Origin: Macrostomum hystrix | Lineage: Eukaryota; Animalia; Platyhelminthes | Length of the DNA: 64,000 bases | Direction of reading: 5' to 3' | Assembly (NCBI GenBank): GCA_950097015.1 | Contig: CATNEN010000001.1 | Location: forward strand, 23,560,001-23,624,000 | Shown: positions 13,622-24,441 of the stretch, piece after piece | Numbering within the stretch: position 1 is the stretch's first letter | Layout of the letters: each line of letters begins with the position of its first letter | Notes under the pieces: generated by a model | The model's input: only the letters and a program-made list of their open reading frames with translations | Told to the model about the DNA's origin: nothing | Database searches by the model: none | Translations under genes and position numbers: made by a program

Positions 13622-13905
13622 TGGTGTAGAAGAGGTTGTAGCCTTAGGGTTAGATCCACGATTCGAAGGTCGGGGATTCGATTCCGGTCTTAACTAGAAA
13701 AAAGGGTCCTTAAGCAAGACACTTAACTCTGCATTACTTCAGTTCTTCATGCTGACCCGCATTAGCTGGGTAGTTAAGGGTGGGTGTGGCATTCCTCCAG
13801 TCCATGGACTGAACAGCCGAACGCTGCCTTCGATAGCTAAGGCTATGCTCTCGGTTGCACATCTGATTGGGGCAGGTGTGATCAATTATTATTATCATTA
13901 TAATC
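13622..13905 (+). mobile_element. tRNA-derived CORE-type SINE (family B)
   Basis: B-box-like GATTCGATTCC, then GTCCTTAAGCAAGACACTTAACTCTGCATTACTTCAGTT, which resembles the CORE/MIR domain; (ATT)n tail. A degenerate relative lies near 31540..31730. Confidence 0.6.
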
Positions 13906-15124
13906 AAAGGCGTCTAACAAGGCTCCAATGAGTCAGTGAGCACATATTGAGTGAAGCTGATCATTTGTTAGAAGTACATAAACACAAATTTTCTTATTTT
14001 TTCAGGTACGAAGGCAAAGGGTACTATGACCTTCCCAGCGAGTAGCTGAGGTGAGGATCTAATTAGTGCTGCCTCTTTGCTGCAAGTATTTCCAGTATTT
14101 GTTAAAATGTTGATCAATCCTTTTCTCGTGATCTTTTTTAGTTGGATAGCAGGGATTCGCCGTGAATCAGAGAGTGCTCGAGTTGGCTCACCTAATGAAA
14201 GAAGGTGCTGCACAACAACTGACTCATTTTGTCTGCTCAGGTTCGAGTTGAGTTTTACAGTCCGTATCCTAGGGCACGTATCACAACTGTTTGTTTATAC
14301 TCTTATCAGACGATTTCCATATAATAAAGAAACATATTCTCTATAAAAATAATATATAGCAGTGTCATTATTATGTTTAAAGCTTCCTCACTTTGCAATA
14401 TTTCTGCTTCTGAACTTCCAAGAAAATCGGATTTATATATAGTTTTTTGCGTATTTGGAAATAAATTCTGCACTGTTTATTTAGATTACTTTTGTAGTTT
14501 CTGTTGAGACAATATAACATTAATACCCATGCTTTAAGGGGCCCGCAAAGCTTTGGTATCAATTTTATTGTACCATAGTCGTTTTTGCCCAAGCTATACT
14601 TTCAGAGTCAGAGACAGGGGTGTGGGGGCAGAGCCCCTACTTCGGGTGTGGGGGCGAAACCCCCACCCAATACCATAGACTATTTTACTAGAAAGTAAAA
14701 TCGTACGCTGAGCCTTGTTTCTCTCTCCTTTCCACCGGACCTTCATTCTATCTACAGTAACTCTCTCATTTCTTTCTCTCCCTCTTGGTGCGTGATAAGC
14801 TATGCCATAGATTACAACTGCAGGAAGTATGAACATGTTGAGGAGGGAATTGTGAGTCAATTTTAGTTCTAAACAAACTATATTTACGGGTTGAAAATGT
14901 AATTCTAACTGCTTAGAATTAGAATTTTTATTTATTTCACATCGAACAGTTATTTTTGTGTTAGCCTTTTAATTTAAGATTTCTGAACTGACAGTTGCCA
15001 GATCTGAGTGAACGAAAATCAAGGTTAATTACAGTTACAGGAGGTGAGTTTTTAAACAGGAGTGTCAATCCGCGACGGAGAATGAAATTCTTGCAGGAAA
15101 CTCACGATGTGTTGGGTTCCTCTC

Positions 15125-16252
15125 TTACAAACAGTACTTCATATCGCAGCTCACAGAGACGGGGCTGTAGGTGCAGCCGTAGGCGCAGAGGTACCTGCTG
15201 CAGTCGCCGCCATTCCTGCCGAACGCACTAGCCTCCTGCTTCTGTCCATTATCGCCGCCTCCACTCAAACAGCGTTCGTGACAATCGCTGCAATTTCGTG
15301 TGGTGATAGGGCAACTTTTTTTACTGCTGGAATTATTTCGCAAAAACTTTTTACGATTCAGAGCCGTAAAAGGATTCGTTCGCTTTGCGACTCTCGATAG
15401 CGAATTAAGGTCGGGAAAGACATTGCGCTTGTTAGCGAGAAAAAACAAATCTGACAGGAAATATGCACTTTGTAGCATTCAATAGAAATGAAACAGGCCC
15501 CTTGAACGTCACGATCGTCGTATTTATTGAATAGGACATCTCGCAATGCACGAGTAGATTGATGCACGTGACGTACATTAACACTCGGGTGTACTCGTAG
15601 GACGTAGACTAACGCTCGCGATGCACGAGTACATTAACACTCGTGATGTACATTAACGCTCGAGATGTACATTACCACTCACGACGTACATTAACGCTCT
15701 CGATGTACATTAACGCTCGCGATGTACATTAACGCTCGCGATGTACATTGGCGCAAGCTATCTACATTAACTAACAAGGCGTACTGGGTGGCTGATTGAG
15801 GGGGATAGCTAGAAAGGTGACGCAACGGCAAAGGTGAGATGGATACGAGAATACGCGTAATGGATAATCGCGAAATATTTTTAAAGTGTTTGAATTAAAC
15901 CACGCCTACACACCAGTAGGAACTCATTGAATTGATGTGTTTCTGAGCTTTTATCTTATCCATGTATCGTCGGAACACATTACCTCACAAGCTTGGCAAT
16001 TCGTTTATTGTTAAACCGGCTTCCGCGGCACCGATACACCGCATTGTAGTTGCCGGTGCAGTGAAAGTACTCCGCGCAGTTTCGGCAGTTGGCCCGCGTC
16101 ACGCTTAGAAATGCGGTGGACATTAGCGTTCGGCCGGGGCAGGAGAGCACGGCCCGCATGCCGACACAGTCACTGATGCAAGAAGCAAGCATCAACTCAG
16201 TTTGACAGGCAACTAGAAGGACAAGCAGTGCGACTCCGCTGAAGACCTTCAT
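15125..16252 (-). CDS. Secreted cysteine-rich serum amyloid A-like protein, copy 1 (143 aa); complement(join(15125..15287,15984..16252))
   Basis: Signal-peptide-like N-terminus; SAA-like motifs RANCRNCAEYFHCTGNYNAV, VSDCHE and QEASAFGRNG; phase-2 GT-AG intron identical in position to copy 2. Confidence 0.8.
15560..15770 (+). repeat. About 21-bp degenerate minisatellite (CGATGTACATTAACGCTCG) in the SAA-like 1 intron
   Basis: Directly visible tandem copies. Confidence 0.75.
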
Positions 16253-16862
16253 TTTTATTTCCTGAGTTGTTCTCTTTGATCATCGAGCTACTTCAAACTG
16301 AGAGACTTATTTCTGCTGTTATATAGTCCTTTTAACTGGAAATTAAGATTTCCGTCTGATAACTAGCTACTGCATGCCAAGTATGGTGTTACACACCTGT
16401 GCTTTCTGAAAAAAGTAACTTACAAGGACAGCGCTTGTTCTATTCGGAGCGGAAATTGCAGCGTAACCTGGATTTACAAAAGTGACATTTTAATATACTT
16501 TTGAACAAAAATTATCACAATAAACATTTGAGTACGCTTCAATTTTACTCGCGAGCTATGGTTAGTTGGTGAATGCTGCTCTTTCTGAGTTACCTTCGTG
16601 TGCAACGCACTGCCCTTCGCTTGTCCTTTTTTCTGATTTTATAACCTGTCCGTCCACTTACTCTGCTTTTCTGTTAATTCTTTAATTTCGTAGTGCCTAC
16701 TTATCGCTAAAGATGCAGTGAATATTCACCTGCCTCTCAAAATCCTCGACACACTCCGCCTTTGTATTCGCCCCTGTTGACTTGAGAAAACTCTTGAGCT
16801 ACCATAGTTCTTCGTGGTGATTTTTCATAATATCTTAACATCATGAAACCATTGAGCAGTGC

Positions 16863-17213
16863 AATAATAATAATTGCAGGAGGGCTGCGGGCAGTGGCGC
16901 ACCATTTGGTGACACTAGACCCGCAGCCAGCGAGGAGGCAATTCTTCCCATTTCGCTGACTCCTGAGCACACACGCACACAGATACTGTACGCTCACACA
17001 GTTGTGTACATCTGTCCTGACTTTCGCATCGTCAGGCAGTGTACATTTAACAGTGCCTTGGAAGTTGGCCCACAAGGACGAAAATTGCACGACAAGCCCT
17101 TAAGCCTTCTCTCCGCGGCTGCGCCTTAAATAAATGTGGCCTCGCCGTGGAATCGGACTTAGGGACCTTGGTGCGAGAGGCAAACGCGATAACCGCTCTG
17201 CCACGGACCCCCC
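16863..17213 (-). mobile_element. tRNA-derived SINE family A, full-length copy
   Basis: Head GGGGGGTCCGTGGCAGAGCGGTTATCGCG...AAGTCCGATTCC on the minus strand; body and tail shared with 13160..13525. Confidence 0.8.
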
Positions 17214-17969
17214 TTTGAGCAGTGCAGCATTATAGCAGCGGATGAAGCTGTCTTCGGTCACTGTCGGTCACTGCCGCATTCATATACGGGCTCTGTAGCA
17301 TCCGAGGCAGTGAAGCTAGTTATCACAGTTGCTGCACTGACCCATACAAGACTGAGATAACCGGACATCCTGACACAGTTGCTGACGCACCAGGCGTGCA
17401 GATGGATAAGAAAGAGAGAATTTTTCGTTTATTTCATTTTCTCACCGATCCATGGCCCAAGATATTTCAAATTACTACTTAATAATGTCCATGTGCTGAC
17501 TAGTTCATTTCTAAAACAAATTTGTGTCAATTTTGGCCTTTCTATAAAACCAGGCAAGAAATAAGACGAGGAGTCATCGAGAATACTTTTTATGGAAGTG
17601 AAGTCATTAGTTTGCTTCGAAAAAACGATTTATATTTGTTACTTATTTGTGACGTACTGCGTTGCCTTTGGATACGCATGTAGTTATTCACTGATATTTC
17701 GCCTAAACTGACGATACTACTGTATGCAGATAATAAAAAGATAATGGCAAAAACTATTTTTGCAGAATCAATAGTCATTATGAAGGCTTATCAACAGTTT
17801 ACAAAACAGGTTCGTCTCTTTGTTCCAATTGGATACCGGTAAAATAATAAGGACGAATTTCATGCTCATAATGACTTCCAGGTAAACTTGATGGTTTTTT
17901 CATGCTTTTTCTTAAATTTTGGCGGCTTAAATTTTAGCCTCTGGTATTTCAAACTCTCATTCGAGGTAC

Positions 17970-19191
17970 TCAACAATTCTCTCGTCTACAGGTTTTGGAT
18001 GAGGGACTGTAGGTACAGCCAGAAGCGCAGAGGTACCTCATGGCACAGTCGCCGCCGTTTCTCCCATAGGCATTGGCCACCTGGTCCAGAACTGAATCCG
18101 GGCCGCCTCCTTGGCAGCGCTCGCGGCAGTCGCTGCAATTTCATTGGCAAGTTGATTTACAGTGGAAAGACCTGGGGATATTTCAAATACCCGCTGCCTA
18201 CTTTACGACAGCTCCCAAACCGAATAACAGATTTTCGTAAGCTTCCACCATCTGAATAAACATTTTCCACCCTTTATGACGAACGAACTTTCAAAGCCGT
18301 CGGAGTTATCATCGTCGAGATATGCAGAGCTCTCTGCATAAACCCTTTATGGCGAATCCATAAAAATCCATGAAAAAATTAACTTTTTAATCAATCCAAA
18401 ATAGTTAACAATGATATTGGGAAATTTTGTAAGAAGAAAAAATATGTCTATATTTTAGGTTTTTGCCACCATATACCCCCGACGAGAACCATTGAATATC
18501 TCAAAAATGCCCATGTTTCGGGATTCTGAAAGCTGTTTCAACGGGCAGAGCGAAATATTTTAGCCCGTGTTTTGGATATTCATGGCCATTGGTTGAAAAT
18601 TTTGAGAGATGCGGAAAAAATGAAAAATGAGTGTATTTGAGGGTAATGAGGGTATTTGAGGGTAATGAGGGTATTTGAGGGTAATGAGGGTATTTGAGGG
18701 TAATGAGGGTATTTGAGGGTAATGAGGGTATTTGAGGGTAATGAGGGTATTTGAGGGTGATGAGGGTATTTGAGGGTAATGAGGGTATTTGAGGGTAATG
18801 AGGGTATTTGAGGGTAATACCTCTACTCTACTACTAGTAGAGTAGAGAGATGTAGAGATCTCGGTGCACTGAAGCTTTTACAGGAGAATGTTCAAGAATG
18901 GAATTCTACCAACCTGATTTTCTTAGCAATTCGCTTGTTGTAGTTGTAGGCTTGTTCGTAGTCACTGCCGCATTGATACACTGCATTAAAGTTGCCGATG
19001 CAGTGAAAATACTTGTCGCAGTTGCGGCAGTTTGCCTGCCTCATTTCGAAATACGCAAACATCAGTGCGCGTCCGGGACACGAGAAGGCCGCCCGGGTGC
19101 CGACGCAGTTGCTGATGCACCAGGGTTGCCAAGATTCAACCTGACAAACAGCTAGAAGCATGAGAAAAGCTGCTGCACAGACTGCCTTCAT
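17970..19191 (-). CDS. Secreted cysteine-rich serum amyloid A-like protein, copy 2 (146 aa); complement(join(17970..18132,18914..19191))
   Basis: AYFEMRQANCRNCDKYFHCIGNFNAV matches vertebrate SAA [26 protein letters not shown]. Exon 2 (not in the ORF track) reads SDCRERCQGGGPDSVLDQVANAYGRNG, versus SAA SDARE...DSLADQAANEWGRSG. Confidence 0.88.
18633..18818 (+). repeat. 19-bp minisatellite (GGGTATTTGAGGGTAATGA) in the SAA-like 2 intron
   Basis: About 9-10 tandem copies. Confidence 0.9.
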
Positions 19192-19795
19192 TGCGACTGA
19201 GTGCTTAGCTCTAAGCTATAGTAGTTGTTTGTTAACTGCCTAGCTTTCCACCAAAATGCATGTGGGACTGCAGCGAATCAAAGGCTTTCATAGGACTTGG
19301 CTTTTAGTGAAGTCTCTGATAAGATAACGAAAAGGCCGCCCGGGTGCCGGTGCACCAGGCTTGCCAAGATTCAACTTGACAAACAGCTAGAAGCATGAGA
19401 AAAGCTGCTGCACAGACTGCCTTCATTGCGACTGAGTGCTTAGCTCTAAGCTATAGTAGTTGTTTGTTAACTGCCTAGCTTTCCACCAAAATGCATGTGG
19501 GACTGCAGCGAATCAAAGGCTTTCATAGGACTTGGCTTTTAGTGAAGTCTCTGATAAGATAACGAAAAGGCCGCCCGGGTGCCGGTGCACCAGGCTTGCC
19601 AAGATTCAACTTGACAAACAGCTAGAAGCATGAGAAAAGCTGCTGCACAGACTGCCTTCATTGCGACTGAGTGCTTAGCTCTAAGCTATAGTAATTGTTT
19701 GTTAACTGCCTAGCTTTCCACCAAAATGCATGTGGGACTGCAGCGAATCAAAGGCTTTCATAGGACTTGGCTTTTAGTGAAGTCTCTGATAAGAT
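19085..19795 (-). repeat. 235-bp tandem triplication of the SAA-like 2 upstream region and signal-peptide sequence
   Basis: The ATG context recurs at 19191, 19426 and 19661. The upstream copies carry a short deletion and terminate early. Confidence 0.9.
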
Positions 19796-19919
19796 ATATA
19801 TTAGATATGTACTCGTATCAATGCCACACACAATTTGAAAACATGTTTTGTACAGATAAACATCTAAAGTTCGGTGAATAATCAAAATAATATTTCTAGG
19901 AGGGCAATGTTACACTATT

Positions 19920-20070
19920 TTGTGACAGCGAGACCCGCAACCAGCGAGGAGGCAATTCTGCCCATTCCGCTGACTCCTGAGCACACACTCAAACAAATAC
20001 CTTTCGCAGGCACACACGCACACAGGTGTGAACATCTCCCCTGACTTTCTCATCGTCAAGCAGTCGCAAG
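19920..20070 (-). mobile_element. SINE family A 3' fragment
   Basis: Matches the body of the 13160 and 16863 copies (GCGAGGAGGCAATTCTGCCCATT...CTGACTTTCTCATCGTCA). Confidence 0.7.
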
Positions 20071-20561
20071 TCACCCTAAAGACGAAGTATACCAACATAA
20101 TTGCTGGACTCCTTCACGAGTTCTCGCTAAGTACGTAAATTACTGCGCTTACCTGTGGCAAAACGTTCTTCGCATTACTGAGTGAAATCTGCGTTACGTT
20201 TCGCTACGATACATGAAACTATAGCTTGTAGTCACACTGAGAAGTGCCAAAAGGAAGTTTATTGAAGGAAATTATTGGCATACAGCTGTGCCTGCGTGCT
20301 CTTTAAGAAAAGAGAAAAATTTTAGCATTTCTACAATTAGGCATATCTATCTATGAAAAGCATTTTTGCCAGGTAAAAAAATCTCGTAGCTTGAATAAAT
20401 TTCGAAATGTAAGTCAGACTAACAGGAATCAAACAGAATAAAGGAAAAGTCAAATATCAAGTTATGTTCGGTAAATAAATGTCCCACCAGCTTTCTGACC
20501 GAACTTCGGTGCAATTAGGCAGCTAAGAGTTCATATGCTCACACTCAGCTAACCAATCATA

Positions 20562-23500
20562 TTACGAATCGGATTTTGAGTACAGGGAATAGATTAAGAG
20601 CTCCAGCTCGTCTGCATCGTCGCGCTGAGATACGTCCCGAAGCCAGCACGCGGCCGAGGTGTCATCCGGTGTCAGCTCGAGTCGAAGGCATTGCAGCAGG
20701 GCATCAAAGTTTACGTAAAAGAAATTCTCAAAATTTGTCATTTTTAGCGGAAAGCAGTTTACCAATGACTCTTTTTCAACGAAGTTGAATTTGATTTCTT
20801 CCTCGAACTTGAAGCAGAATTTCCAAGCCGAGTCATGTGTTTTAAGTTGCAGCTCAACAAACTCCAATGTCGCACCTGCTGTGAGTCGATCGATGCCTCT
20901 ACTCACTTCATGCTCGCGGCATTTCAATAGTACATCGACTGCTGCCTCCCGATCCCCGAACTTCAAGCACGCCAGCGCCCGAAGACATTCTCGGGCTGAG
21001 CGGGCGCAGTCTGGCAGTTTGTCAATCAGCTGTCCAAGTGACGCCTGTGACTCACAGGTGCAGTCTGGCTTAGAAAGGGACAAAAGCGACGCACTAACTG
21101 TATTGTAGACACGGTGATAGGATACTTCACTTGACTTCTGATCTTCATTCCACAGAAGAACTGGAAGAATGAGGAAAGGGTGAAAGTAAAATCTGCCGGA
21201 ACTGGCAATGGGCCTTAGACTCTCCTTGAACCTCATGACAAGTTGAGGCAGTTCGTAAATTACGTCTCGAAGTACTTCAACGATCTTCTCAGAGTCGCTC
21301 CGATCTGCTCCTTTCAGATAAAGCCCAGCATCGATCAGGAAGAAGTGCTCCATGATTCGACCATCGACGTTGTCAGCGCCGCAGCTGCCCTCCACACAGT
21401 CCAGCAGCATCTGCAGCGATTGGCGGACGAGACTCATCAGATTCTCCGGACGCCAGTGTTCAGCCGGTGTCTCCTCGAGCATGCGAAATGTCACTGTCTT
21501 TGCGTGATACGCCTTCAGACCTTGAACTCGTCGACCAATCACCTTCTTCACAAGGAACTTGAGCGTGACGAACAGCTGGCCCTGCAGGGTGCTGAGGCTC
21601 CGCAGCAGACGCCTCTCCAGGAAGGTGGTGCTCACCCGGAGCTGCTTGCCGGTCTGTCCCGGAGGAGCTGCGTGAACCACGTGGCAGAGCGAGGCTTCCA
21701 CCTCACGACTGAGCGACTGCAGCACCGACTGAGGAATGTGTGACTGGGCCACTCGCTGAGGCTGCAGCGGCCCGATAGGAGGGTAGCAGCAGAGACGGCA
21801 TGCGCTCACGCGGTCGACGGCTGGTCTCAGCGCAGAGCCGTTCTCGGGCCTGGCGGGATTGGAAGCTGAAATAGGTTGAGTAAGCAAAATTTGGCTTTTT
21901 TCGGTGATTTTTTGGATTCACACCCACTAATACTTGTATAATAGTCTTCTTACCGAAGCCCTCGATAGTAATATGTCCGTTGCTGTAGTCTGTTGGTGCC
22001 GTCTTGGTTTTAAGGCACTTGCAAAAGCCTATTATGTGATATAGTCTACCTGGCATCAGCTGCACAACGTCAATGTCCGACTCAATGTCTGTTCTGCCAT
22101 CCAGTCGGGACAGGCTATTGCCCCAGCCCTCCGAGTAGCTGCCAACAACAAACACCTCATCGTCATTCTGTCGATCTCGCATTATCTTCTCAAGAGCGTC
22201 AGCCACAGCGCTCTGCAGCTCTGCTCTAGAGCTGACGAAGCCAGCTTGTGTCAGGGCAAAATGCAACTGCAGGCTCAGCTTTGTTTCATCCCGTGATGAG
22301 CTAAAATTGTGTTGGAGTGAGTCTTTTCTGTTAGATAGTAACATAAGACGTTACATAGAAATGTCTAAATCTAAATTTGTCTTGAATTGCTACAAACCTC
22401 AGCCCTAATCCGACATATTCAGCAGTTGCGTCCGATCGCTCATTTGCTGCCCTGCTCTGGACTGAGCTTCTCGCCACTTCAGTTGACTTTTGAGAATGGC
22501 TTTCACATTGAGCTGATGCTGCATTTTCGTCGGTATGAAACATTTCCTGAAATTTCTCTAGCGACTTCACAATATTTTGGTGCCCATGATGCAGGGCCAT
22601 GTCAAGCGGTGTTTTTCCGTCCGATCTCCGAGCTCCGGCATCGGCTCTGGCCTCAAGAAGCAGCTGCACCACCCTGAGGTGTCCGAACTGAGCTGCTGCA
22701 TGAAGAGCAGTTTTGCCTGTCTTTATCCGCTGGTCGATAATCGCGTAGGCTCTGATTAGGGACTGAACAATGTCGTGGTGACCAGCCTGTGAGGCACTTA
22801 AAAGCGGTGAATATCCCCCTCTTTCCCGCAGGTTCGCATCAGCCTGAGCAGCCAGCAGTGAAGAAACAACTCTTCCGTGACCCCAGTGCGAGGCCAGGTG
22901 AAGCGCTGAGTCGCCTGTGTCTCTTTGTGCGTCCACGTTAGCGACTGCTTCGATGAGTGAGTCAACAATCAGCGGGTGATTTTCTTGTGAAGCAATGTGC
23001 AGAGGCGTAAGAAAGTACTTCCATTCAAGGTTGACGTCGGCTTGCGCTTTTATCAGAGACTTCACTGCTAGTTCATGGCCACCTTGTGATGCCATATATA
23101 TTGGTGTGAAGCCGTGAATGTCTTGTTTATCAACCATGGCCCCAGCCTTCAGAAGTAAATTTACCACTTGACAATGTCCATTCTGAGAGGCTATGTACAA
23201 TGGGGACTGACCACTTGATACTTGTCTATTAACATCAGCTTGTGCATGAACAAGTACATCTACAGCTTCTTTGTAGCCCTCTTGGGATGCAATGTAGATT
23301 GGAGCTGCATCCTCTTTCGCCCCAACATTGGTGTCCGCTAGAGCACAAACCAGCAACTTGAGTACTTCAGCGTGGTTTTCTTGTGATGCGAGATACACTG
23401 CGGTAGCACCGTGAGGGTCCTGAGCATTCACATCCGCATTTGATTCGATCAGCACTTTTAGAATGTCGCATCGGCCCGATTTTGCAGCCAGTTGAATGGC

Positions 23501-24441
23501 GAATTGGCCTCGATCATTCTTCAATTCTGAATTGACGCGACCTTGAATTAGGGCGGTAGTCAGCCGATAGGAACTTCGGTTAGACGCAATGTGCAGTGGC
23601 GTTTCGCCCGATAATCCTGCACGATTCAAGTCCGCCTGCGACTGGATAAGCAAGTCTGCCACGGAACAGTCATCATTTTGAGAAGCAACTATCAGCGCAG
23701 TAAGACCTTGCTCAGTTTGCATGTCCAAATCAGCCATTGCTTTTAGCAACAATTTGATGACATCTCGATGCCTGTTCTCCGCAGCCGCATGCAGAGGTGA
23801 TTTGGACTCAACAGTTGTGAGATTAACATCGGCTTGAGCACAAATGAGCAGCTTCACCAGACTGTCATGGCCTTTCTGGGCCGCAGTATAAAGGCAGAAT
23901 CTGCCATCTGCAGTCCTTAGGCTAACGTTAGCTTGAGCCAGCATCAGCATCTTTGCTATGTGATAGTGCCCTGCCTGGCATGCGATGTAGAGTGGAGTCC
24001 TACCGTCTACGCTTTGAAGATCGACATCAGCTTGGGCCCGAATTAGCATTTCCACCAGCTTTGTGTAGCCCTCCTGCACGGCTATGCTTAGAGGGGTCCA
24101 GCCATCTGCCTCGCGCAAGTTCACATCGGCGTTCGCCTTTAAAAGCTGCCAAACAACTCTACGATTATCCGCCTGAGCCGCAGCATACAGAGGTGACTCA
24201 CCAGTGCTTGTTTGAAGGTTTACATCGGCGCCAGAATCGATAAGTGTCTCAATACACTCTCTGGAGCCGTTCTGACACGCAAAGTACAGCGGTGTGCACC
24301 CATTTGCTTCCTGAAGATTCACGTCAGCCTGGGCCTTAACTAGTAAGCGAATCTCGTCACGTAAGCCATCCTGCGCCGCGATGTGTAGTGGGGCCGCGCC
24401 CTGAAACTGCTGCAGATCCGTTTCTGCTTGAGCTCTGATCT
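20562..24441 (-). CDS. Ankyrin-repeat (about 19) + Mab-21/cGAS-like nucleotidyltransferase (ANK-cGLR A), 5' end truncated; complement(join(20562..21865,21954..22327,22398..~24441))
   Basis: GT-AG introns join three ORFs in frame. NTase motif VVGSYSEG...ESDIDVV, candidate third acid VDRV, and Mab-21/cGAS-type motifs LRVSTTFLERRLL, LKAYHAKT and MEHFFL. The frame begins mid-ankyrin repeat; first in-frame ATG is at 24049. Confidence 0.85.

Noticed and set aside
13440-13690. tRNA genes
   Set aside because: The A/B boxes belong to SINE heads; no complete cloverleaf.
14612-14695. GC hairpins (GGGGCAGAGCCCC) followed by CTAG, resembling a Helitron 3' end
   Set aside because: CTAG is not followed by T, the spacing is off, and no 5' end was identified.
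17005-17050. CTGACGA...GAAA hammerhead-ribozyme-like core in SINE A (minus strand)
   Set aside because: No stem II or stem III/NUH cleavage site can be formed; the bases pair instead as a simple hairpin (CCTGAC/GTCAGG).
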